DNA of 64,000 bases from Eledone cirrhosa (Eukaryota). Both the position numbers and the translations under genes were made by a program. The notes under the pieces are model-generated. The model was not told where the DNA came from. It worked only from the letters and a program-made list of their open reading frames with translations, and did no database searches. Location: positions 408,146,001 through 408,210,000 of the forward strand of contig OZ024740.1 of the NCBI GenBank assembly GCA_964016885.1, in the 5' to 3' direction. Below, one piece after another: positions 21,429 through 35,499 of this stretch (the first letter of the stretch is position 1; every line of letters starts with the position of its first letter).

Positions 21429-23498
21429 GTCATCATACTTGCTGAAGTAGCAACAGAAGAATTTCTAAGTAGATATTCAATAGTAGATATAGGTAAGTGT
21501 AAAAATTAAGCATATTAAAAAACAAAACATATCACTAAGGGTAATTACTTATGGATGCTATCTGCATAAAAAACAGTAGTTAAGTTAGCGTTAGCATATT
21601 TAATGCAGTAAATATAAAATTCAGAGAGAAATAGTTAATGAAGAAAAGACAAGGTTAGTTAAATGAGTTGAGTCAGGTTTCATTGAGATTCATTGGAGAT
21701 AATTAGCAGCCTAGAAGTTGGACTGATGTTCTGGTTATTTTGGTGTGTGGGTATTTTTATGTGTGAGTGATGGTGATTAATTTGTGTTTTTTTTTTAAAT
21801 ATTACTGGTATGATGTTAATATGGATGTTAAGGAGAAGTTGGAAAAAGTATTTGCATTGACTGTGTGGCTTTAAGAAAAGAGCAATCATGATCTATGTCC
21901 CTCACATGTCTACATGGGACTTGATTTGCTGTGAACGTGCTCCGATAGAGTATTATATGCTGTTTTATAAGGTTTGTTGTTATCTGTTTTCACTTGTCTG
22001 GTTAGTGAAGAAGAGATTATAGGGGGTATAGGCTGCGCTGACATAGTTCTCTGAAATATATAATATATATTGTTTGTAAGCTAGTGAGAATGTTTCTTTC
22101 TTTTAGCTCAATCTTAATGAATATTTTAACAGTTATATATATCTGATTATTGATTGGGTAGTTCATTGAGATCAATCTTGAGGTTGCTACTGTTCTATGG
22201 AAGAAAATACTCATAGAGATATGAGAATATAAGAGAATTACAACACAAAATACACAAACAATAGAGTATAATGCATTTCAAAACAATGAAATGCCAAAGA
22301 GGAATCCAGAAGTGTTACTATTGCTGCTTAACAATGATAAACATAGATAAACACACTTCTACTATGAAGTACCCGACATAACTACCACAACATTAAATAA
22401 ATGATAATCTTAGGTATTCTGCATTCAGTATAGAAAAGCACTTTTTACATTAAAAACCAAAGAGTTATATTAAAATCAATGTCAAACAGCAACAAAGTCA
22501 GTATATACCAATCTGTTGAAGCATAAAAGTCTTAGTATATTGGAGTACAACATGCACAGTATGAGAAACATACTGAACTAAAAATAAGTTTATCACCTAT
22601 CTAACACCTATATTTGGACAGGAAAAATACTAGAATCAGTAAATAATACTATAAATCTCTGGTGTTAAGCCATATAAAAGCAATTACCATTGAAAAGCCT
22701 ATAATAGAAATTTAATGGACACTGATATATAAAAATATAATTGTCATAGAAAACTTTAAAACGGAATTTAGTAACAGCATAAACACAGTTCCAATTGACT
22801 ACATGCTCCAACAATTTATTGAGCCCTCACTTGGTATACTTGTAGATACTGTGCAAATACAGTCAGCATATGGGATGGCATGAGGATATCCTCATTAATC
22901 ATCTGAATATTCTAAACAATCCACACCAGCATGACTATAATTCTTACCAACCTCAATATTACAGTTCACTAACAGAACAGGTTTTATGTAAGCAGCCTTG
23001 TCACAATGACAACTACCTCTGCTGGTGATTCTTGAAGATGTTAATACCAAATGAAAATAGCAGCTTGAGTTGGCATGTTACCAATAAACCTATTTCACAT
23101 CTTTCAGTATTGTCTTAGCCATCAAGACACATGATTCATATTCAAATGTATTTCACTATAAATACCTTTACTTTCACACAAAGGAATAACATCTTTAGAT
23201 CCTCAAATCATCTTTCCTTCACAGCATGATGACTTATTTATAAAAATCTATGAACAATTATAGACTGCATTCTTCTTTATAGATTTGTTGTAGTCTTGCT
23301 TGATGTGAGTAAGGTTTTCTTTCTTTATCAAAATCTTCTTGTAGAGTATATACAGATTTCCTGAAGCTAAGTGTAAAAACAAACACTTTAACTAAATTAA
23401 ACAAGAATAGGAATTTTGAATGTGTGGCATAAGTTTCACTATCAGTCTAAAAGTTTCTATATAAAAGGAAATGGATACTTTGGTATTGAACTAATAAC

Positions 23499-23685
23499 TG
23501 TTTCTACTTTTAGGCACAAGGCCAACAATTACCCAGTGCATTACTGGTACTTTATTTTATCGACCCCGTAAGGATGAAAGGCAAAGTCAACCTCGGCGGG
23601 ATTTGAATTCAGATCGTAAAGGGACATAACTATGCTGGAAAGCATGGCGTCTGACCCTCTACCGATACTGCCAATCCACCGCCCT
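23499..23685 (-). mobile_element. Meta-domain SINE, full length, with 13-bp TSD
   Basis: TTGAACTAATAAC at 23486-23498 and 23686-23698; tRNA-like head GGGCGGTGGATTGGCAGTATCGGTAGAG. Confidence 0.93.
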
Positions 23686-23699
23686 TTGAACTAATAACG

Positions 23700-24104
23700 A
23701 TCATCATCATCATCATCATCATCACCGTTTTACGTCCATTCTTCCATGCTAGCATCGGTTAGATGGGATGTCCTGTTGTGGGCAATGCCAGGTCAGGTGA
23801 CCATGTCTTGCTCATATGGAACTGATTTTGGCTTGATTTCTACAGCTGGATGACCTTCCTAACACCAGCCTCATTTACAGTGAGTACTGGGTTCTTTTTT
23901 ACCGAGGTGCCTACACGACCACTTTACAGTGTGGGCTAGGTGTTTTTTGTCGTGACACCTACATGACCACTTTACAGTGGGAGGGGTGGAAGCATACTAT
24001 CTATATGCTTCAGCTTGTACCCATGGGAAGTCAGGTCTTCTGTATTACTGCGTAACGCCAGAGGTCTTGGTCCTGTGTCATCGCCTTTGAGAGGTGCAAT
24101 TGGG
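23700..24104 (-). mobile_element. RTE LINE 3' fragment
   Basis: (CAT)n tail, 3'UTR units and ORF end matching 12117-12490. Confidence 0.9.
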
Positions 24105-25081
24105 CATTTGAAATTCTTTTATTCCTTTACTGATTTCAGTTATTGAAATGTTGTCATTAAGAGTTCTTAGTTAAGCCTATCAACCATAATACTTATTTTA
24201 GTTTGGTATCCATTTTATTGAACCTATATTTAGTGAATAGATATATTATACTTTTTGGCACATCACCAGTTTTTACATTGGTAAACATAAAGATGGACAC
24301 ATACATACATACACACACACATGCATGCACAAACACACACACACACACACACACACTATGTTTCTGCCTTGTTTCCATTTGCTAAACTCCACTTACATGG
24401 TATTAGTCATGTATATTAAAATAAAGAAACTTCAGTTGCAATGAATGATTTAGTTGTTCAGCTTCCATTTTTGTTTAGAGTTATTGATACTGGTGTCCTA
24501 AACATTAGGTTTTTTCAAAACCTGATATTAGAGCTCTAAACAGTTGTTCACTATGTATAAGTCACATTTGTGACCTATATTTTCTTACTGCTTACTTATT
24601 CCACACAAAACAACTGATACATGTAACAGCTGACTCACCTATAGTCACCAAAATGATACAAAATACTAGCACAGTACCACGCTGTATACTTTCTCTATCT
24701 TTCCAGCCATTGCCACAAATAGTCATCTTTTTTCTGATTGAATTAACTCATTGGTTTGCTTGCATCTCTTTCTCTTACTAACTTTGCTCTGATTCATCCT
24801 TCAATATGTAATACTTCATTGAAATTTTCTTCCTAAAAACTCTAATTACTTTTCTGTCCATATCCCCCCACCCCTACAGGCACCAAGGAGAGACTGTAAG
24901 TATCTCCTCCTCCTCCACCTTTTGGACTAAATCATTTTATTATCAAAACTGAGGCAGACATTAAGAGTCACAATTTTTTTATGCCTGTATAATTTAGTAA
25001 GATGTTAGGTACAGAAAGACAACCTTTTAAAATACTGTTTTAATGTTCAACACAAGTATTTTAACAATTATCAATGCTATA

Positions 25082-25405
25082 GGTGTGGACATGGTTGTGT
25101 AGCCACGTGATCTTAGGTGTTATTCCCTTACCCGACACCTTGGGTAATCTCAGGTCACACAATGCCTTATGAGTGAATTTGGTAGAGGGAAACTGTAAGG
25201 GAAACATCTATCTATATACATATCTCTGTATGTCTATGTATGTTTATTTGTCTTTTCTCTTCACCTAAAACATTAGTAAGGGCATCCAGCCAGAAACAGT
25301 TCTATATGAGCAAGACACGGTCACCTGACCCAACTTGCCTCTGATGAGATAACCTGTCTAGCCGAGCTAGCATGGGAAATGGTCATTAAATGAGGATGAT
25401 GATAA
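25082..25405 (+). mobile_element. Old CORE-SINE plus RTE tail remnant
   Basis: Degraded tRNA head and CORE box (GACACCTTGGGTAA), followed by AAGGGCATCCAGCC...GCTAGCATGGGAAATGG..ATTAAATGA. Confidence 0.55.
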
Positions 25406-26103
25406 TGGTGGTGATAGTGGTGGTGGTGGCAGCAGCGGTGCAACAACACGTGTGGTGATATTTGTTTATGTTCTGTATAAATGGAGATCCTGCTGCTCAG
25501 CCATTAAAAGTGTAAATATCTGTATATTCTAAAACAAGTGAAGGTTAGCAGCAGAGTGGACATATAGCTATAGAATTCTTTCTCAAAATTCTCTTCCAAC
25601 TCCTTGTAACATAGAAAAATGCACATAAAACATGATGATGATGACCATACAATGTTTATCTTTATTTGCTAGATACTGTAATAATTGCAGATTGATGTAA
25701 ATAATTACTATTTCAATCTGCTTCTTTGCCAGTCTTCCTAAATAATTGTAAATCACAATCATATAACAGTTCACACCATTATTTAGTATTTCTAAATTAT
25801 TTCAAACTAAATTCTTTGATGATCTTTTGTATTTATCATTTTACTTTTTTCTTCATAAGCCCTCTAAACAAATGTGAACTATTAAGTTATTATCAATAAA
25901 CATGTTCTGTTGTTTTCTTGCCAGGGCAAAATGCTTTATTTGTAAGAGCAATTGATTTTATAGTTGAATATCCTTCCTACTGTTCACCACACAATCAGAA
26001 AGTACAAGTAGAACTTGATTTTCATCAGTTATGTAAACTGAAACCAGCAAGGTTTATGTGCTTTGTTTTGAACTGTTGATCATACAGTCAATAATACCGC
26101 ACC

Positions 26104-26545
26104 TTAATTCTTTCATTGTCATATTTCTAATGAAATACACTGCCTATGTGTTTCAAGTAATTTTGAAAACATTCTTTTCTTTTTTTTCTGTGGACTAAAT
26201 TTATTCAATATACAAAATCTCACAATGTCATAAAAGGCCTTTGACAATATATAAAAATAATTGAGCAGTATCTAATAAAAAAAAAACCCAGAAAAAGAAG
26301 AGAATAAAAGGAAAAAGAAAGAAGGATCAAGCAGCAAAGGATCAAACACCAACAATAAATTTAGAGGAAGCTAATAAAATAACCAAGTTTTTCATTAGTA
26401 ATCTTATATTTAAAGTATTACTTAACAATTTCTAAAATAAAATTATGATGGAAGATTTAAATATTAGGATACACCTTTTTAAAATGACCAGTTTTGTATT
26501 ATAAATCCAGAGCAGTTTCAAGAAGTTTGGTATAAAAAGGGTTAA
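26104..26545. mobile_element. piggyBac-like MITE, family B (degenerate, with internal insertion)
   Basis: CATATTTCTAATGAAA.AC...TTTTGAAAA shared with 44763-44999; ends GGTATAAAAAGGG-TTAA. Confidence 0.55.
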
Positions 26546-28029
26546 ATCCATCATGTCATTGTATTGTTTCACATAATTTAGTCATCATTGATCATTATTT
26601 TTGTTATATTCATAGTATTGGTAGTAAACAACAATCACGGACTCCCGAGTGTTCACTTTTCTCAAGTGCAATCTCATTTTATTTAAGTTAGCTAAGATTA
26701 TTACTCAAATATCATTGCTTTTTGCTACATTACAAAGTATCTAATTTTATCTTAGCATCTCCTTCAACATTTTAATGCTGCGATAAACAGATTTATTTCC
26801 AAGAATAGTTCACTCCCCACATCAGACCTAAGATGCTAAAACATCACTTATTTGTCTTAATTAAGATAAAGCATTGTGTTAAGTTTCTTGCCAGAAATGT
26901 TTCTTGTCAGAGATTATAAGACTGACTCTTAAGTTTTAATTATGGTTTAATTTGATTCACTTCCATAACCACACATACGAACATGATTACATGTGAAATT
27001 TTAATTTCTGGTCGAACTTATCACTGAATGCTTGGTTGTGATGCAAAACAATATTTCTCTTTATAAGCAAGACACCATGTCAATACAATGAACACATAGC
27101 CACATTTTAGTGAATATTACATAACTAAACTCTTATAGTACAATGATTTAGTCAGGCTTCTTGGAATGCTGTTTCATTCTTTATCTTTTGAGCATCAAAT
27201 TACTACCCATGCCACCTCAGTATATTCATATTAGTTCACTTTTATTATTCTCTTCTCATCAGAAGCTTTCCAGAAAATTTTTTCAATATTTCAAGGTTAG
27301 TTTGAAATTTAGTTGACAAAATCCTATTTTATATTATCTGTTAATAACAAATAATGATTGATGAACAATTTTTGAGCCTGAAATAATTCTCATGAAATGT
27401 TTAATTATATGTTAAAAGAAAGAAATATTGTTGTTTTCCATTTCTAGCTTTTATGTTTCTGTTTTGTAGCTTTTATTCAGTGATAACTACACATGTAGAC
27501 ACAGAGTTGTCTTGCTTCGTTAATATAATTATAGTTATTAAACAAAAGGAAAGGACTGAAATAATTCCTTATCCCTTTTTTGAAGTTTTTTGGTCAGTGA
27601 TACTCCATTTCTTCATCCTTTTCCAAATAATAGAAATTACCAAATGTTCTAAATGCAAAGAATATATTCTGAGAAACTGTTTTTCATAAAATGTTTGGGT
27701 GCAGGCTGTATGGGTTAAAAAAAAAAATTGCTTTACAGCTACATAGTTTTGGGTTAAATCCCATTGCACTACCTTTTGGATAATTGTCTTCTACCACAGA
27801 CTCTGGCCTTTGGTAATTTAGTGAGGAAATTATGCAAGTGTGTTAGAGATGGGAAAACATTTCTGTTCTTGAGTGGCAGACTTAATTTGATTTCTAATTT
27901 AAGAGAACTACCCACCCATTAGGAGCCCTTAGCAGAGTGAAGACTCCACAGCAAGCCCAGAGGTCTTTCAAATGGCAAAACAAAATATTGCCTTATGAAA
28001 AAAAGTGTCCCTATGAATTTCTTTTACAA

Positions 28030-28464
28030 GTTATTGATTTTTAATGAGAGATGACACAAGCACCCTAGTATTGTAATAAGCTGGTGCTGGGGCTAAAAAA
28101 TCACACTCAGCCCACTCTGCAAAGTGGTAGTACTAGTGTCACAACAAAAGTATCCAATCTGCATTGTAAGGCAGTAGTGCTGGTGCCACAATGAAAAGAG
28201 CCCTGTCCACAATGTAAGGAGATAGTAGTGTTGGTGTCACAACAAAAGGCACCAAGTCCAGTTGAATTGGAGTTGTAATACCATGCTCCCAGTACATGCT
28301 GTAAAGTAGGTGATGTTAGGAAGGGCATCCAGCCATAGAAACCATGCCCAAAACAATGTATGAGCAAGACATGGTCACCTAACCTGACTAGCCTCATAAT
28401 GTGACAGTCCATCTAATCCATACAAGCATGGTAGATGGACATTAAATGGTGATGATGATGATGC
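28030..28464 (+). mobile_element. Old RTE 3'UTR with about 6 degenerate tandem units
   Basis: Repeated CTGTAA.G..GT.GTG.TGGTG.CACAA..AAAAG.ACCCA, then the standard RTE terminus and (GAT)n. Confidence 0.75.
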
Positions 28465-28851
28465 TGGTAATGATCAGAAGCTAACATCCTTGCCATTAAG
28501 TTTGTGCACCAAACTCTATTTACACTCTAACTTAACAGTAAACATTTGGTTACTTGGTAATATAAATATATATATTTTTGTCCTACAAATTCCATCCACC
28601 GAAACCATATTTGTAGAAAGTTAAAACATAATATCATGATGGAATTTAATTGAGTTATTGAAATTGTGTCAGTGATTAGTTTATAGATGTGCAACGAAAT
28701 ATTTATCATCTATTTTCATCATCCATACATCCGTTTTCCCTGCTAGCAAGAACAAAATATAACCATTTTGACTCATACGATGTGATTCTACTTATGTTTG
28801 TATATAATTCATTTTCTTTTTTGTTTAGTTGAGGTGATTATTAGTTAACAT

Positions 28852-29022
28852 TAAGAGGGTCGGACGCCATGCTTTCCAGCATAGTTATGTCCCTTTACGA
28901 TCTGCGTTCAAATCCAGCCGAGGTTGACTTTGCCTTTCATCCTTACGGGGTCGATAAAATAAAGTACCAATAATACACTGGGTAATTGCTGACCTTGTGC
29001 CTAAAATAGAAACAATTATTAC
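28852..29022 (+). mobile_element. Meta-domain SINE
   Basis: Matches 23499-23685 in the opposite orientation. Confidence 0.9.
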
Positions 29023-29897
29023 TATAATGTTATTTACTATATCTTTAGATAAATATTCTCACAACATTCACCGTAAGTGAAATATCCCCTCATGGCATAA
29101 AAGTGTTATAATAACTAAGTGGATTAGTTATTAGTGTCTCAGTAAATGAACAGTAAGTTCATATCCTGTCTCTCTCTCTTGCTGTTTCTCAAGAGCACTA
29201 AATCACGCCCACTCTGCTAATTTGCAGCAGGACAGGTAAGAACAATATGATAATGTGTTAGTAGTAGAGCACTCAATTAAATGGAAGTTGACAAATGATA
29301 TTGTGGTTCTTCTCACACAAAACAGAATATAGAATTATATATTAAAACTTAGAAGATTTCATACTTTACATTTAATTAATTAATTATGAAAGGAGGAAAT
29401 ACAAATAATTCCCAAACATTCATAACACATAGCAAATCATCATTTCTATGAAAGCTATTCTTTGTGACAAAGATTTACATGCTTCTCAGACACTATTAGT
29501 GGAAGCCTGTCAATTTTATCACATGATGGTATTGTCAACGTGTTGTGTTCAAAGTAATTGCTTGTATCAATCAACTATGAAGTAATGTCTATACAGCCTT
29601 CAGATGCTTTTTACATTTATCTAATATCTTCCATATATATTTGTCTGCTGTGTGTATCCAGGTTAGAATAGCTACATTGTGTCTCTGCATGTCATAAGAG
29701 GTGACTAAAAGGGTTGGCACCCAGGGGAGGGGGGCAATTCAGCTGTAAAACATTATTACTTCAAAAAGTAATGAGCATGAAGCCATTCAGGGGGCCTACA
29801 AGGATAATCCATACTTTAGTTAGGGAAAGTAGCTTTAAAATGCTTGCTGCTTCCATACATATGAGTATTAGCATTTTTCTTAATAGTAAGTTAAAAA

Positions 29898-30010
29898 TCT
29901 TCTTCTTCTTCTTCTTCTTCTTCTTCTTCTTCTTCTTCTTCTTCTTCTTCTTCTTCTTCTTCTTCTTCTTCTTCTTCTTCTTCTTCTTCTTCTTCTTCTT
30001 CTTCTTCTTC
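29898..30010. repeat. Perfect (TTC)n microsatellite, about 37 units
   Basis: Direct reading; produces the poly-F and poly-K ORFs. Confidence 0.98.
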
Positions 30011-32804
30011 GCCTCACTGTATATTCCATTCATTTATTAGATAATTATCCACAAGATATATCATGTATAAGAAGGAATATGTAACAGTTGTTGAAGAAGT
30101 AACCATTAAATAGTATGTTTTTATAAGAACTATGTGTTTTTCAGATTTTGTTTTTTTTAATTTATTTATTTATTTATTTATTTATTTATTCAATTATTTA
30201 TTTTTCCAAAAATATCAATTCAATATTTATTTTCAAATATATATTATATTTCTTTTTAATGAAGAAGAATATCAATAGTAAATAATGGTATTCGTAAAAT
30301 AGTTATGAAAGTAAGACTAGTGTGTAATGTAATTATTGATTTCAAAATAATTGCTTCAGAAAATCTTATTAAGCTGACAAGGAATCTCAAATTATATCAC
30401 ATTTAAAACAATATCACAAATATTGTCAGTAGTTTCAGAACATGCCAGTTTTAAAAACAGGAATGTTGGTTGGATATCTGATGGATTGATAAATCTGAAT
30501 TTACTCTAAGTAGATTAATGTCTCTCTCACTAATACATTTGTCTCTCTGTCTGTCACAATTCTCTTAAATAAATGTAAGTCATTAGAAGCTGATGGTTTA
30601 TTATCTCAATATCAATTCTCAACCATAAAAGGAAAAAATAGGTAAACAACTTAATGATTTAATTAAATGTTAGATTGATTTTTGTCCCATGAAAGAAGAT
30701 ATAACTGATTGTTTCTCTCTCTTGTCATCACTGCTCGGGCACCTTTGCTCTTGTGGCTCTCTTATCATGGAAACAACTCTGACACTCATGCTTTTGTGTT
30801 TTTCACATTGTGACAACTCTGCTATTCTTACTCTTGGCTTCATTTCTTATCACAGTCCTGACAACAACCAACAAACGTTTTAACACCTTCTTCTCTGCCA
30901 AAGTAGGTGTTAAGCTTGCAGGCCCCATAATTAACTTCATATTGATTATCAGGTCATTTTGTGGGTAATGTTTTATAGCAAGATGCTCTTACCAACCATT
31001 TTAGTCAGCTCTTATTACATGCAACTGAAACTAAAGACTATCTACACTATAGAACAAAAGTGCTGAATGTACAACCATATTCATATCTTCTGCCTTCACA
31101 AAATCTAGTTCAATGACAGAAGTTACTCATTTTTTAAAATTTGGACTATAAATGGGAAATAAAGTCAACTGTATTTATAAAACTCAATGAAAAACTTATT
31201 TAGATATTTGTCAACAATGGAAAACCAGGAGATGTTGATGAAAAGAAACTCCACTGCTTCACAGTTGAAGAAGTAATTTAAGGCCTTGATTACTATTATA
31301 TGACTACGCACCTGACTAGCCCATGATCAATAACGAAGAAGAATGCCTAGCACAGAAAACAAGGTGTATATTAGTGCAATAGTGCTCCAGTATTTGGTCT
31401 ATGCTAAATATCTGTTGCAATCAAATTGATCCAAATAGCCAAAATATATCCAGACAACAGTCAAACTCCACAGTATTTCCCACAATTCCCTACTCTACTC
31501 AGCTAATTCTCACTTGCCTGAAGTGCAATGGGATTAAATCCAGAATTATGTGGTTATTAAGCAAACTTCTTTACCAGACAGCCATGACTGTTTAAATATT
31601 TATAAAGGGTTAATGATATTGCTTGTTTTGGATAGTTGCAGTTGCCTCTAAACTAATATAGTAATATCATGAACAATATGGATTTAAGGAAGAAGAGAAA
31701 CAAAAAAAAGAAGCATTCCTTGTTTTCATCAGTGTTGTTTATCACAAGTAGCTGATGGGTGGAATGTTTTATAACCTCTAGTAGTGATGAGAACTAATTA
31801 ACAGGTATAAAATCGTGATGAAAATGAATTGAAAATGATTTTCACACATCCAGCTTTAAAAGACTTTCATTATAAACTGAAAAAAATCAAGTTAACATTA
31901 GCTCTCTTGATAGAAAGCCACCCTTGGTTCTCTGATACAAAATTGTTTATTTTCAACTGTTTATATTCATCTAATAACCTTCTTTCATAACTTTATGTAA
32001 GAACATTCATTAAGTTATCTTCTAAACACTGGATAAATAATGATAAAGTTGGAAATATTATTAAATTCCTCCAGATTCCTGATTATTTTCAAAATTATTT
32101 GAAAATCATAGGCAGTATCTTTCATAAGAAATATAAAGTCTGGGTTAAATAACACCAAAATGTTTATGATATGCACAGAAATGCGCAATTTAGGAAGACT
32201 ACGTGCGGAGTACAACATTCAAATCAAACAGTAATCTTTTAGTGTATTTCAGTTAATAGTTGGGGCTTGTTCAAACCAAAATACTGGATAAGCTTGTTTT
32301 CCTCTACATTTTATATTGTTAATTGGCTTTCATCACTTTCTTTTAGTCATATTTCTTTGATAAATATTCCATACATGTTACATTTTCTTACTGAGATAAA
32401 TCATAGCATTTCGTATACATATTTACTTCCATAGAGCAGAGATTGTTCTAGTTGTTTTAAATTTATATTTCACTCCTGTTTATAAATTAAAAAATAAAGA
32501 TAAAATCAAAAGCAACTAATGAAAATCTTATAGAAAAAGTATTAGGGAGAAAACAAATTTGTTTTTTAATAAGTGGACACTAAGTGAGCTAGACTTACTA
32601 TAAAAACTACATTAGAAGCAGTATGTTTTCTAATCGTGAATAATTTACAAAGATTATAATTTCCTGTTAAATTAACAAGTTCTCATCATATTGCTAAAGC
32701 ATGCTAGAAGTCATAATGCCAACAGTCAAGACAGATGTGGATAACATAATTTGACTATTGTACAATATGTTATTATTAGGATGGTAATTTGATGTCAGTA
32801 ATAA

Positions 32805-32995
32805 GGCTGGTGGATTGGCAGTATCGGTAGAGAGTCGGACGCCATGCTTTGCAGCAAAGAGTTACGGCCCTTTATGGTCTGAGTTCAAATCCAGCCGAGG
32901 TTAACTTTGCCTTTCATCCTTACGGAGTTGATGAAATAAAGTACCAGTAATGCACTGGAATAATTCCTGGCCTTGTACCAAAAGTAGAAACAAGT
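32805..32995 (+). mobile_element. Meta-domain SINE, full length
   Basis: GGTGGATTGGCAGTATCGGTAGAG head through GGCCTTGTACCAAAAGTAGAAACAA. Confidence 0.9.
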
Positions 32996-34548
32996 ATTTG
33001 TTAATCATCTGACAAAATGCATAGCAGCATTTTCTATTGATTGAATTTTTATTGCATCGGAAAAATACCTTGTGGTAGTTAGTCATGGCTCTTTACAATG
33101 TAAATTCAAATCTTTTTGCAGTCAAATTTACTTTTCATTCTCCTGGTATTGATAAAATAAAGTATTGGGATTAGTATAATCAAATTCTCCTGCTCCACAA
33201 ATGTTTGGCATTGTACCTGTGTTAGATATGAATGTTGTTGTTGTTATGGATGTGGGCTGACAGAATGACAACAGAATAATGCCTTAAAGTATTTAGTATA
33301 TCACTTTACCCTCAGTTTAAACCTCAGTAAGGCTGAACTATTATTTTTTTTTATTTCTGGTGTTGATAAAATATCTACAGAAAGAGCATGCATGTATAGA
33401 TTTTACTGCACTGAAGTTGAATAAGAATCAACTTGGTTCAAATCACAATCATTTGTTTGCTAGAGCCATGTGCTCACTTATAAAATTGCTTTAAAAAGAA
33501 TTAACTATGTATTATTACATTGTATGTATATTATATTTTTTATAATGAACCCTTTATCAGGATGATATGCATGATAGTTGTTATTTTTTTCCTTTTTTTA
33601 AATGTTCTTTTTACTGCTGGTGCTACAATAAAATGCACCCGGTACACTCTGTAAAGTTTTAGTACTGGAGTCACAATAAAATACACTCAGAACACTCTGT
33701 AAATTGGTTGGAATTAGGAAGAGCATTCAGGTGTAGAAACTATGCCAAAATACTTTAGCAAGACATGACTATCTGATCATATCTTGTCTCAGACTGTGAC
33801 AACCTATCCAACCCATGCCAGCCTAGAAAACATATGATGATGTTGTTGCAGCATGAGCTGCAAATTTCATTTTCCTTGACTTTATGTGTAATATATACAC
33901 TTAGTTAATTTTTTTATGGGAAAATATCTATTTTTAAACTATCAGTAAATTATTTCTAATCTTTTTACAAGCAATCTTTTACCAGGAGGTGTTATTTTCT
34001 AGTAATGCAGATTATCTTTAAAATTTCCATCAGAGATGTAGCAGAATTTAAAATAGACATTTTTTTTTTCTTTTTATACATCTGCTATGTGTAGGTCACA
34101 CTATATCTTATTGAGCATTAGTTATTGATCAATATTGGAGATTTTTCTGGAGGTAATCACCATGTGAAGTTATCAGAAACTGATATGTGACCGGTTTATG
34201 GGATCTCTATAAACCAATTTTTTTTATTACTTAATCAGGAAGAAGAGCATTGCCAATGATCGTTTTCTGTGGCATCCAAAACTGGAATCAGAGTGGACTC
34301 TGCCAAAGGCATCCAAGGACCAGGTGGTAGGGTCAAATCATGTAGTCAGTTGTCTACCATCCAATCTACAGTGGATTTGAACTTAAAACACAAAGAGCTG
34401 GAACAAATGCCACAAGGCATTCAATGACATTGCCAGGCCACAACCCTAGAAGGATGAAAGGCAAAGTTTTTGCCACACTATATTGTTATGATCTTAGTTG
34501 GGTATGGATAGAAATAATAAAGAAGCTGAAGGGGAAAATTTACTTTCT

Positions 34549-34786
34549 TTAATACTTTAGCATTTACATTACTCTATATATACTATTATATTTTCATGAT
34601 AAAGACTTTATTTCATGGTTAGAATGTCTTAGGGGACAATCGCTGGACAGTTGATATGATCTATTTTGAGGACAATACCTTATTGTAGGTATGAGTGGCC
34701 AATTGTAGCCAGTTGCGGCTGGTTTGAACAGAAAGAGGTGAGAGAAATCTAGCTGGATATGGCCGGTTTAAATGCTAAAGGGTTAA
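34549..34786. mobile_element. piggyBac-like MITE, family A
   Basis: TTAA-(T)ACTTTAGCATTTA ... TAAATGCTAAAGGG-TTAA terminal inverted repeats. Confidence 0.8.
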
Positions 34787-35499
34787 TACCTTAAGGCAAT
34801 GCAGACACTGTGTTATCAGGGTCATCACAGAACCACTGTTGATCCTCCATGGGATTTGAAATTGATGATTCTTTCTTTCCTTACTGCTTCCTTTGGTGCA
34901 AATGCTCAGAACCCTCTTGGTTTCCTGAGGTCTACAATAAATCCCTTTATTTACTTAGTGTTTAATTTCATGTTCCTCTCAGCACACTACACCACCAGTC
35001 TCTAACCAGCTTCTCAGTGATAATCATTGAATTTATTTATCACTTTTCATGGAACTTTGTCATGAGTGAATAGATTATAGAGTTAGGGACTTCAGAGATA
35101 TCTCTGCATTACATCAATGTTTGAAGTAGAAGAGATGTTTCCTTAATTGTATGTTAGCTAGTTAATAGCTATGACTCGAGTTTTATGGATTATAATAATT
35201 ATTATTGAATGTCAGCCATAGTTCATAAACATCATCATCATTGCATATGTCAGAATAAAAAAATTGAAATTTATAAAATAATAGCGGAAGCTGCCTTCTG
35301 TAAAATGGATTTCAAAATAGTGTGATACTAATAGAGAATATTAGAAATAATAATTTGATGATATGCAATGTTTATTTAATGTATAAATTCACAGAGATAT
35401 ACTGTGGGCTATTGATAGTATAAGAGCTAGATTAAAAGATATATGGTGGGGAGTGAGAAATAGTCTGAACAAATGAAAAAAGATGTATATTGACTAAAA

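Noticed and set aside
29714-30040. Poly-Phe / poly-Lys ORFs
   Set aside because: Translation of the (TTC)n microsatellite.
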